From Podarcis erhardii (lineage: Eukaryota), in assembly GCA_964252035.1 (NCBI GenBank), contig OZ176211.1: a stretch of DNA of 64,000 nt; one strand, given 5' to 3'. Under the pieces are notes generated by a model, which had not been told where the DNA came from, did not search any database, and saw only the letters and a list, made by a program, of their open reading frames with translations. The position numbers and the translations under genes are program-made. Shown piece by piece: positions 11,412-22,343 of the stretch; the first letter of the stretch is position 1, and each line of letters begins with the position of its first letter.

Positions 11412-14322
11412 CTGTCAGACAAACAGAAAAGCATTAAACTGTAGACAGACAACCATATGAATGCCATAGGTAAGCAAGCAAACAAAAATATCGGTGCTAT
11501 GATCCAAAAGGATTTTCCATGCCTGGTGTTTGTTGGAATCTTTCAACAACTGCCACGGACTGTGAGCTACAAATAAATCAGATATATTGAGTACATGGAC
11601 CTCCTAAATCACCAGGCATCAGGCACAATGAGCCAAAATTCCAAAAGCTACTACCAACAACTCACACTTTAGAATTTTTTCCCTTCACTCTGAAGTTCTG
11701 CAGAGCTAACAAATAAGTAGACCTAGAGGCCAGCTAAAGTGCTAGAGAGATGCTAGTTGGATCCTTCAAAGGTCACGATAACCTGCCTTTCTTGATCCTT
11801 CCTCTTGCAGTTATAAACATTAAGTGGTGCTCTGTTTCTAAAAGCTAGAATTGATTTCCAAAGTTACGTATGACTGTTTTAGAGAAATGGACTAGTTATC
11901 AAAAGGAAACTCTCACGAGACCTCAGGATTCCTGTTTAAAATATGAAGTAGGGGAAACTGAGTAGGGGGAAAAGTGCATCAATAATCAGGCTCTATACAT
12001 TCTGGAATAAGGCTGGATGGGCATTCTCAGCTGAAACTTCCAAGCTGATATGAGCCATGAAAACCTACTTTTCACAAATTAAGCACTGAGACAAAAGAAT
12101 TGCATGTAAGAAGAAAGCAAATATCTGCATGTTATGTACCAGCCAAAATGTAAGGTCCCTAAATCTTCCCCAGACTGTTTTCCTAAAGCATGGGTCAATA
12201 TGTTCTATGACTTGTCCTTTGTATACTGAATGAGTCTCTCAGCTGGTGTTCAAGACACCCTCTTCATGTTCTTATTGATCACAGCCTGTTGAGCATTGCG
12301 GTGACTGACAGACACACAGAGCTCTGTACATACTGCTCTTTAGTCATGATGGGACTTTACCAAACCAAAACATATCTGTCTCTAAAAACTGTCAATAAAC
12401 AGCCTCTGTGAACTCGACAGTGCCTTTCGGTAGATAACTTTAGTTTCTTCTAATTGACTGACAGCCAGCTGCTCCAAAAATCATTATAAGAGAAAATTTG
12501 GGTCTAAGAAGACATGCAATTGATCTAAAAATGAGTTTGTTCATTTCATGGACCTATTGAGCACAGATTAGGGTGGCCACTTATATATCACCAAAAGGGG
12601 GGGGGGGAGCAAAAGAGAACAAAAAGAGGGCACAGATTTGTATACAATTTATGTATGTTGGTTTATATGTATAGAAGCAAGTTTATAAAGAATGGCTATC
12701 ATTTAAACACAAATGCACGTTACCATAATGAGGAAGACCAGGTAACCTATGTGCCTTCTCAGAATGTTCACCACGGTGATATCGATTGTCAATTTCAATG
12801 CCCCTGCTCTCTCTTCTTTATATTTAAAGCAGACAGCTCTTCAACTAGAAGTCATCTTCAAATAGAGGACTGTTCTTAGACAGCCCTCCATATAGGACTG
12901 TCCTCTGTAAAGGACACATGGCCACCATACACAGATGCGGAGAACCACCTGTCAAATGATTTAGGCCCCATCTCTCTCTTAATCTCTCTTTGCAATGTAA
13001 GGCAGGGGATATAGCAACATCACCTAGTGCTACTACGAAACTTCTGGTTCTGAAAACAGTACCATGGGGCAGGCCAAATGGATGCCAGCTGGGATATGGC
13101 AAGTGGTCAAAAAGAAACAACGCAAAGTATATATACCATATGAAGTACCCTATGCAGGTGATCTGATCTTATCAAAATGTCTGCATCTTTCTTTCTTAAA
13201 GGTAAAGGACACACACATCCATCCGGACACTGCATATGTAGTAAATAGAGCACTTTCATCCAAAAGGTGGCATTGAGACTCAGCAATCAACAACAGGTCG
13301 GTTCTCAATTATGGGACTCTGGGCCCTTGACTTCCTCAGGTTTTATCCAAAATCATGCCACTTGATAGCCTTCTAAGAACAGTAGCTAAGAGGACCACTG
13401 CAAAAGGTATTGAGAGCAGGTGCCCCCAGTAATTCAAGAACTGCAAAAGGCCACTTCTGATATACTTTGACGCCTTTGTCAACTTGTCCTTTGCTCTTGA
13501 TAAAACAAGATTGCAAAAGAAAGCTAGCTACTGAAGCCCCAGTGTTACTTTTCCCGCATGGATAAAGCCTTTTGCAACAATAGTTGAATGCAGCCATGAG
13601 AGCAGAGTTGAATGAAGCAGTGGAAATAGAGAAAGAGGGAGTTATCTGGAGGAGTCCAGCTTGTCTGAGAGGTACAGCATGTGAGCATCCCAAAGAGCTA
13701 AGGAGTTACTGTTATTTGTATTTCATCTCATTGTTTCTCCAATGGGCACAGAGTGGCATAGATGGGCTACTGCCCTTTGCCCTCACAACAACCTGGTGAG
13801 GTGGGCTGCACCGAGGCAGACTGACTAAACTAGTAATGCAGTGAGACTGAATTTGAACCCAGATCTCTATATTCCCAGTCCAACATTTTAACCACTATAA
13901 AACACTGGCTTTCTCTGTGGAGTTGGGTTGTACTGCTTATTCAAAAGCATTTCCCCTGCTTCTCCTGAAGCAGGTCGTCAGAACAACGCAGCGAAGTGGA
14001 TTGGGATGAGGTACACTAAGCCATCATGCAGTGAGGCCAAATGGGGATTTGAACCCAGATCTCTACTAGATTTCTAGTCAAACACCTTAACCACTATACC
14101 AGACTGGGGGTCTCTGTAGAGTTGGGTCACATATGGGTCACATATCCTAAAGTGTCTCTTAAAGGAGATCCTATTAAATTTCTGCCGACTGGCCTGCAGC
14201 TCCATTGCAATCTGAGCCAAATCAGTTTTTTTAAAAAAGGGTGGAAAAAGAAGAAAATTTTCCTAAAATCTGAATTATTTCTAATCCTGGGGTTCTTTGC
14301 TTGTGGCTTAATCTACTGTCTT

Positions 14323-15866
14323 TTTTTTATATAAAATATTTATTAAAAGTTTTCTCAATACATAAAGAAAAACAAACAAACAAAGTAACATGATCATATT
14401 TTCTTCACTTCATTGGACTTCCTCACGTCCCTCGTTCCTGCGTTCCAAGTTTATCAAACTTAATCCAGCAATTTATCACCTTATTTCAATTCTTATTTTA
14501 TAACTTTCAGATATTGTATCCCTAATTTTAGATAATTTAACCCAAACCTTAAAAACTTAATCTTAACATAATATTTATCCAAAATTTAACTTTTTCTTAT
14601 ATTTTTACTTATCTTCATATTCCTTTCAACTAATTTAATGGTGCCATATTATTTGTAATCTTGCATCTTTCTTAACACTCATTCAATTTACAATATTTTT
14701 GTAAATAGTCCTTGAATTTCTTCCAGTCCTCCTCCACTGCGTCTTCTCCCAGGTCTCGGATTCTGCCGGTCATTTCTGCTAGCTCCATATAGTCTATCAG
14801 TTGCATCTGCCATTCTTCCAGTGTGGGTAAATCTTGGGTTTTCCAGTGCTTAGCAACTAGTATCCTTGCTGCTGTTGTTGCATACATAAAAAATGTTCGG
14901 TCCTTCTTTAACACCCTCTGGTCGACGATGCCTAAAAGAAAGGCCTCTGGTTTCTTAAGGAAGGTATACTTAAATACCTTTTTCAACTCATTATATATCA
15001 TTTCCCAGAAAGCCTTAACTCTAGGGCAGGTCCACCAGAGGTGAAAGAACGTTCCTTCGGTTTCTTTACATTTCCAACATTTATTATCAGACAAATGGTA
15101 TATTTTTGCAAGCTTGACTGGGGTCATGTACCACCTATATATCATTTTCATAATATTTTCTTTCAAGGCATTACATGCCGTGAATTTCAAACCGGTGGTC
15201 CATAACCTTTCCCAGTCAGCAAACATAATATTGTACCCAATGTCCTGTGCCCATTTTATCATAACCAATTTGACCGTTTCATCTTGTGTATTCCATTCTT
15301 GTGTATTTAAAAATTTAACTGATGCAAAAGAAAGAGGGGGGTTTGCCCTGCCGGACTTAAGGTTGTATTATGAATCAGCAGCATTCTGCTGGTTGAAAGA
15401 TTGGCTGCTTCTCGAAAACACTGATGTTTTAGATTTGGAAGGATTTAATAACATGTTTGGATGGCATGCATATCTGTGGTATGACAAGGTTAAAATTCAT
15501 AAGACTTTCAAGAACCATATTGTTAGGAAAGCAGTGTTTAATGTCTGGACAAAATATAAAGACTTGTTAGAAAACAAGACCCCAAGGTGGTTGTCGCCTA
15601 TGGAAGCTAAGGCTCTGAAAAGACCCAATATGGAGGCCAAATGGCCGAAGTATTGGGAATTACTAGAAAAAGATGGAGATAATTGGAGGTTGCAGAGTAT
15701 GGAGAAATTAAAAGACAAGGTGCGAGATTGGCTATATTATGCTCAGATTAAAGAGGTTTTTAAATTGGATAAAAAGATAGGATTCCAGGTGGAAAAATCA
15801 AAGTTGGAAACAGAGCTGTTAGAACCTAAGACTAAGGTACTTTCCAGAATGTATAATTTGCTGCTG
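14323..15866 (-). mobile_element. 5'-truncated, 5'-inverted L1-clade LINE (ORF2 C-terminus and 3' UTR)
   Basis: Minus-strand ORF 14672-15298 with the CWKCKETEGTFFHLWWTC cysteine-rich motif, and a T-run at 14321-14328. Plus-strand segment of about 15300-15866 encodes the immediately preceding ORF2 part (KERGGFALPDLRLYY...MYNLLL). TSD taat(c/t)tactgtctt at 14309-14322 and 15868-15881. Confidence 0.9.
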
Positions 15867-16846
15867 ATAATTTACTGTCTTATGTCATTCAGAAGGACTT
15901 AATCCGAATGTCCTTTAGGAATATAAGCTCTCTGCTTGTGATACAGAGTTGTTTAGATTCCATGGTGTCATTTGTTGGAGGCTGATGTATTTATTGCTGA
16001 TCAGAGCTCAATGTGACGGCCTTTTCCAGTCATGCGGTTCAGTGTCCAGACACTGTGAGCTTTTAGGACACTTAATTTCATTATGTTGCCCAATGTTCCT
16101 ACATGTCTTCTGTATTTCCATTCTCTCGGTCACATGCAGCGATTGCAGTTTGTTTTCTGATTTAAATTCTGCATCCATCTTCTGAGTTATTTATGGCTTT
16201 CTGAGAAGCTTAGTCTCTTGATGTGTAATAGCTTTGGGAAAGCTATTAGACAGGGCATGAGGGATGCATCTGGCTAGCGCTTAGAGTCGCGTCTCATCAA
16301 TTTGAAAATATATTAGAAAATATTAGAATGAAGAGTTCAGACCTAGCAATACATCAAGATGAACTGCGTTGAAAGAAATAGTGTTGAGGACATGGTAAAC
16401 ATCAGTCTTCACTTGCAAATATTTACGGAATTTTTCATTCATGCTGAAGTGGTTTAAAAGGAATTTCATTTTAATTAATTAGCCTCTCTCAGTCAGCCAC
16501 TATATACTAATAAGCTTCCAAGTGACTGTAGAGGCAGCCCTCAAGATCAGGCTTCCTCAACCTCAGCCCTCCAGATGTCCTCAACACTATTCCCATCATC
16601 CCTGACCACTGGTCCTGCTAGCTAGGGATCATCGGAGTTGTAGGCCAAAAACATCTGGAGGGCCGAGTTTAAGGAAGATCAATAGCTAAAGGAACCCATT
16701 TCCAGTCTTCTCAGTGTCAGAGCCTGCTGCTGCTATGACTCACTCACTCACTCACTCATTCACCCAGCTATATTTCAGCAGAAGATGTCTTCTTCTAACA
16801 GCCCAGAGGAACAAGGAAGTTGCAATGAAGATATGCTGCAATTATA

Positions 16847-16926
16847 CAGGGTGTGTCTTTTAAAAGAGGCCCTGTGGAACATGTGTACTCTGTATCCATG
16901 GGGCCTCTTTTAAAGGACTCACCCTG
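16847..16926. mobile_element. 80-bp palindromic mini-MITE (Tc1/mariner-type)
   Basis: TIR cagggtg(t/a)gtc(t/c)tttaaaagaggccc and TA TSD. Confidence 0.7.
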
Positions 16927-17094
16927 TACATCCTACATGAGTGAGTGAGTGAGTGAGTTGTTGAATTACGTATAAGCATTTAGCGTGAGATGTAGTAGCT
17001 GCTGCATCATTGCTATTCAGCAAAAGGGAGTGATGTGAGCAGAGCCAGGACTTCATGGTGGGCTAGGCAGTATAGCTTAGTGGTGCTCCAAGAT

Positions 17095-17292
17095 CAGGGG
17101 TGGCCCACCCATGAGGCAAGGTGGGGCAGCAGCCTCGGGTGGCAGGATCCACAGGGGCAGCAAATCCCAAGGTAGATATTTATTCCTCCCTTGTTACTGA
17201 TGTAGATCTTCACTTACCCTTCTTCCCTAGCAGGAAGGGAGGTACCATTTTGTGGCTCGCCACAAGTGCCAAAATGTCTTGGGCCAGCCCTG
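17095..17292. mobile_element. hAT MITE
   Basis: TIR caggg(g/c)tggccca and 8-bp TSD tcc(a/t)agat. Confidence 0.8.
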
Positions 17293-18015
17293 TCCTAGAT
17301 GCCTTCCAACCACCACCACTGGATGCAGTATAATGTTATTATGCGGCTCTAGGTATGTGAAGAAGTGTCTAAGTGGTAAACTTAGAGGAATCAAGTGTAG
17401 GAAAAGCAGAATCCTGAATGAATTTTGCTTGGCACAGAGCCAATCCAGCACTACTTACGTATCTAGTATGCCGAAAAACAACATGACAAGATGCACTGGT
17501 TCCCTGCAAATCCACTTAAGTCTATAAACGTTACTTCTGTGTTCCAATGGGACTTGGGACTTGTCTGCACATGCAGCAAAGTGAGGTGGAAATGCAGTGG
17601 AAAAGTTTTAAGGTGGTAGAATGGACTGTATTTATTTCAATTTATGGATGGAGAATCACTTTTTAAAAAGGGGAAAAAAGAATGCTCCATTACTCTAACA
17701 AGACACGCTACGATCAGAAAACTAATGCAGCAGGAAATAAGCTGGGACAGAACCTTTTCCCTTGTCATGCTAGTTCTTAACTGGATGAAGCTTGTTATAT
17801 GGGAGAACAATAACAAACAAAGAAAGGCAATCCCCCACAGTCAGACTATTCTGCTATGCCAGAAATCTCACTTCGTTCTACTGCGTATGTAGACCAGGCT
17901 AGAAATCACAGGTAAGCTGCAAAGAGCTGTTACATGAGACATCTGTTTAAGCCCTCAACATTCACATGCCCCTGGTGACCTGTCTCAAAAATCAACAGTG
18001 CTAAAGTTCTAGTAA

Positions 18016-18163
18016 ATCATAGAATCATAGAGAAGTGGAGTTGGAAGGGACCAGGAGGGTCATCTTAGTCCAACCCCCTGCAATGCAGGAATATTTTGCC
18101 CAATGTGGGGCTCAAACACACAACCCTGAGATTAAGAGCCTCATGCTCTAGCAACTGAGCTAT
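18016..18163 (-). mobile_element. Short SINE with tRNA-Lys-like head and CR1-type tail (partial copy at about 49870-49960)
   Basis: Reverse complement reads ATAGCTCAGTTGCTAGAGCATGAGGCTCTTAATCTCAGGGTTGTG..AGCCCCACATTGGGC, then TTCCTGCATTGCAGGGGGTTGGACT...GGTCCCTTCCAACTC..CTATGATTCTATGATT. Confidence 0.8.
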
Positions 18164-18630
18164 GTTGATGGACAACTGCTGAAAAATTTGCTCCGCTGTC
18201 TGTTAGTATTGAAAATGGCTCATCATTTTATTACATTTGTCATTTGATTTCAGATCATAAGACATCAGGAGATTTTCCGCAGACAATATAATTCAGTCTT
18301 AAATGAGTTTGCGTTGGGTTTGGATCACTAAGCTCCCTCTGCTTATTAGATCAGTGCTCTAGGACAGCATGCTTAAATTCCAAGTGTCCATAGATTCTAA
18401 TAAATAAGCAACAGACCTTTTCCAAAATAACACAAGGCTCAACAGTGCAGCTTTAAATCAGTTTTCTGTCAGAACGTATTATACCCGTTCATATGTCATT
18501 ACCTGTTTTCAGATTTTGAGCTGTTCACTAAAACCTATTTCAGTTAGCAAAGTGTAAGTTGAGGACTCCTCCCAAGAGTGATGATTTCATTTACTTTTTA
18601 TCCATGTTAAACACCTCCCACCCCCCCAGT

Positions 18631-18798
18631 GGTCGCATCCACACCATACATTTAAAGCACATGGCTTCCCCCAAAGAATCCTGGGATCTGTAGTTTACCC
18701 ACCACAGAGCTGTAATTTCCAGCAGCACCAACAAACTACAGTTCCCAGGATTCTTGGAGGCAAGTCATATGCTTTAAATATATGGTATGGATGTGACC
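18631..18798. mobile_element. Palindromic MITE, possibly PIF/Harbinger (partial relative at about 7330-7440)
   Basis: Imperfect TIRs of about 30 bp, ggtc(g/a)catcca(c/t)accata.atttaaagca.at; TSD not clear. Confidence 0.55.
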
Positions 18799-20659
18799 AG
18801 CGTGTCGCGGGTCTTTACAGCCATTCGCAACATTATCCAAAAAGCTACAGGCCGAATTAGAATAGTACATGCCTATGCAATCTACATCGCAGGAACACAA
18901 GAGCCCTGTCATGGACAGAATCCTCTCACCCCTACTTAAAAGTTCTGCGCCCTCTTCTATAATGCCTGAAGAGGGCAAAATAATTTGTCTATAAAAGGTG
19001 ATGATTCGATTCCTGAGATCAGAGAGGTTTTCCTCTGTGTTTGGGTACAAATGGACACCATTTTGAATCAAGGGGGCAGGCTAAACCTTTCAAAACTGCT
19101 TGATCTTTAACCACTGATTTAAAAAATGTGCTGATTTTTTTTTTATTCTTAGAATTCCCAAGCAACACTGTACGAGGCTACTAGTTTTTAACATCAACTG
19201 GATCCTCTTGCTATAGATGACCAATACTTCTTATTCTAATGACAAGAAGTAGAAATCATATCCATCAGTTATCAGCACCCGAGGCTGATGAAAAGGACAG
19301 TTAAGTATGTCAACACAGTACAGAAATGGTGGATCAGTGTCAAAATCTATTTTAACAGTTACTACACTCCAAACAACACTCCCCCCCCCAAGAGACTCAG
19401 TCTCCACAAAACATTAATGGTAATTGCTATTTTTTTGGTGAATGTTCAAAACTGGATAAGATTCCAGAAGGCTACTTTGAACGATGTTCCCTTAGCATAC
19501 AAGCCTAATGGAAGGGGGAAATTAAGTCCAATGCAAAAGGAGAGACTAATGATGATAAATTGGAAGAAAATACCTTCTCCATCAAGATGCCAGAAGAAAC
19601 ACAATGGCAAACACTATAGAAGCCAGGTCAGTCTGATCTTTAAAACACTGATCACATATTGTGCTTACTGACAGAGCTTAAATGTAGATTTACAGATTCC
19701 TGAAATCCACTTAAGCTTCTAGGTTTCTGCCTGCCAGATTGTTTCCTAAATTCTGTGACTCATTTAGTGACAGCAGATGAACAGCAAAGATCTTATCGCC
19801 ATGCAGAGCTGCTGGTAATATGGAGGAAATAAGAGAGATTCCTATAGCAGAAGGAGGGCAGGTCCCTGGTGGGGTGGGTTACTCAATCAGTTTTCTGCTG
19901 GCCATTGTCTTCTCTACTACCATGGTTACTAGCCATTACAACTATGTTCTGCCTCCATGGTTGGAGACTATAATGCTTCTGAACACCAGCTGCTGGAAGC
20001 CACTGAAAGGACCAGTGGTCTTGTGCTCAGGTTCTGCTTGTGCATTACCCACAGGCTTCTGGTTGGCCACTGTTAGAAAAAGGATGCTGGACTACATGCG
20101 CCATTGGCCTGATCCAACAAGTTCTTCTTATTTTCTCACAATAACCCTCCTCAAGTAAAGATATGGGGTTCTGTATCTTTCTTCTTGGAGGGTAGTAGTG
20201 AAAGGAAACAGCTTGGGTGATTCTGAGGGTGGGGGAAGAGTTGGCAGGCAAAAGTAAGTAATGTTCTTTTCAGACACCCATCCTGTGCTCCTGACTGCAA
20301 TCTCCACTAGCTGCTTTTCATTTAAAAAGGAGAGGAAATCTATATGGCAGGACATGTAATGTGTAATTTGACCTTTGACTTTCACCACTGTGTTGTAGTA
20401 GGTAGACTCCCGGCGGTAACTTAATGGTAAGCCGCTTTCTCCAGTTTACCCCACAGAGTTATTGTGAGGTTAGAATGGGATAACGTCATGTGTGCCACCC
20501 TGAGCGACTTGAATGAATGGGATAAAATTTTATAAATTGATGCTGCTATTATTCATTCATTCATTAGTTACACAAAAAACACCTAATACAGCCCAGTAAC
20601 AGTTAAATGTGTGTATGTGTGTGTGAAAGAGAGACTCAGCCTAACCTCTAAAAATAATT

Positions 20660-21130
20660 ATCACAAGCATCAGAACCACTCCCCACTCCAAGCACCGTAA
20701 ACACAATCACCACTAAAACTGATCAGACTACTTCTACCTGTGGGTGAACTTGGAAGAAGGCCTCTGAAGATGACATTAAAACCATATAGGCTCATACAGG
20801 AAGAGAGGTATTGGGGTCTTGAGCCATGTAAGGCCTATCAGTTAAAACCAGCACTTTGAATTGGGCCCAGAAACTGATCAGAAACCAATGCAGGTGGACA
20901 CTCAGACTGTTTCACACCCTCTTAGCCTTCTGACCACAGTATTCTGCCACAGCTGCAGTTTCTGAACCGTTCTAAAGGCAGTTCCATGTAAAATGCATTG
21001 TAGCAATTTGTGGGTTTCCTGGAACACAAGACCACCGAAGACTTGTTATCCACACCCAAGTAGGGGCATAGCCGGGTGCCAACCTAAGCTGGAGCAATGA
21101 ATCTAAGAGCTCCTCACTACCACAAGATAT
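20660..21130 (-). mobile_element. Old L2 3' fragment
   Basis: Resembles squamate L2 3' sequence (aaaaccagcactttgaattgggcccagaaactga...). Confidence 0.55.
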
Positions 21131-21575
21131 GGCAGTATGAAGATTGAACCAAGAGGAAGAGGAAACAAAGTGAAGAGGAATGAGGGGAAAGTAGGAGTAG
21201 AAAATCTAATAACTGTTTTGCAGTTTTGTCAGTCTGATTCTTTGCCCAGCAGAGAAGTTAAGACCCCATCCTTGGATTCCTATATGGCCAGGCAGATGTC
21301 ATCCACAAGAGGTGAGGGTTGCGACTAGCTATTCACTGGCAGAAACCTTATAGCAATTTTCTATACTTTAACTTCTATGTGAACACTAAATCTTAAAAGA
21401 TTTGCATTCAAATACAAGTGGATTGTGTGAAGGCTAACGAATGCTAACTGGGATATAAAAGGGACTATCTTTTAAACTTTGCCTTGCAAAGGATTCACTA
21501 AAACAGATCAAAAGTAATTGTAACTGGGGAACAGCAAATTCCTGCTGAGTCATGCCTCATTACCAACCCGGTTTC

Positions 21576-21579
21576 ATAT

Positions 21580-21622
<43 letters not shown>
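21576..21622. repeat. (TA)n microsatellite, left flank of the PLE (right flank 22209-22252)
   Basis: Read directly from the sequence. Confidence 0.95.
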
Positions 21623-21624
<2 letters not shown>

Positions 21625-21706
21625 TTTCGTAGATTTTCACGGGTACAGGAATGCAGGTTTTGGTGTCCTCGGGTGTCTTCCCGTGTAAAAGTTGGGGTGT
21701 CTAGGC

Positions 21707-21740
21707 GACGTTTCGACGAGGTCTCACTCGTCATCTTCAG
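21707..21740 (-). ncRNA. Minimal hammerhead ribozyme motif, minus-strand copy 1
   Basis: Exact reverse complement of the 22091-22124 motif. Confidence 0.65.
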
Positions 21741-21878
21741 GCTGGTGCTTTCGGCTTCTTGTTACTGGAACAGAGCAGGATCTCAGTGTTTGAGTTCCTA
21801 TAAATACTGTAGAGGGGGTGTGGTGTATAGCCTCCAATGTTCTGGGCAGAGAGGAAGTTCCCAGGCTAGTGTGCCTTT

Positions 21879-21912
21879 GACGTTTCGACGAGGTCTCACT
21901 CGTCATCTTCAG
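21879..21912 (-). ncRNA. Minimal hammerhead ribozyme motif, minus-strand copy 2 (ends at the GUC triplet)
   Basis: Same core as copy 1. The sequence 3' of GUC is replaced by the duplication junction, so it has no helix I of its own. Confidence 0.55.
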
Positions 21913-22090
21913 GCTGGTGCTTTCGGCTTCTTGTTACTGGAACAGAGCAGGATCTCAGTGTTTGAGTTCCTATAAATACTGTAGAGGGGGTGTGGTGTAT
22001 AGCCTCCAATGTTCTGGGCAGAGAGGAAGTTCCCAGGTTAGTGTGCCTTTTCTTCTTTTGTTCCTTAATTACTTGAGAGATATCTTGAGC

Positions 22091-22124
22091 CTGAAGATGA
22101 CGAGTGAGACCTCGTCGAAACGTC
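22091..22124 (+). ncRNA. Minimal type I hammerhead ribozyme motif (PLE-type), plus-strand copy
   Basis: CUGAAGA-U-[GACGAG/ugagac/CUCGUC]-GAAA-CGUC with palindromic ACGU helix III; predicted cleavage after 22124. Activity untested. Confidence 0.65.
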
Positions 22125-22206
22125 GCCTAGACACCCCAACTTTTACACGGGAAGACACCTGAGGACACCAAAACCTGCATTCCTGTACCCGTGAAAATCT
22201 ACGAAA

Positions 22207-22255
<49 letters not shown>

Positions 22256-22289
22256 CCCTATATGGATTCAAATAATGGCCTGTCGTGCT

Positions 22290-22343
22290 AAAAGACTCAG
22301 TGTGGCACTTTTCAAAAGACTCAGTGTGGCACTTTTCAAAAGA
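22290..22343 (+). repeat. 24-bp perfect tandem duplication
   Basis: aaaagactcagtgtggcacttttc twice, plus aaaaga. Confidence 0.95.

Larger units (their letters stand above)
21623..22208. mobile_element. Penelope-like element (PLE) fragment composite with inverted 121-bp pLTR-like ends, an internal 172-bp tandem duplication and three hammerhead motifs, inserted in (TA)n
   Basis: Arms 21623-21743 and 22088-22208 are reverse complements with 1 mismatch. Units 21707-21878 and 21879-22050 differ by 1 nt. Contains CTGAAGA-stem-GAAACGTC motifs and (TA)n on both flanks. Confidence 0.8.

Noticed and set aside
21576-22343. Repeat-spacer-like appearance suggesting a CRISPR array
   Set aside because: Eukaryotic intron; the repeats are a tandem duplication and an inverted pLTR, with no unique spacers.
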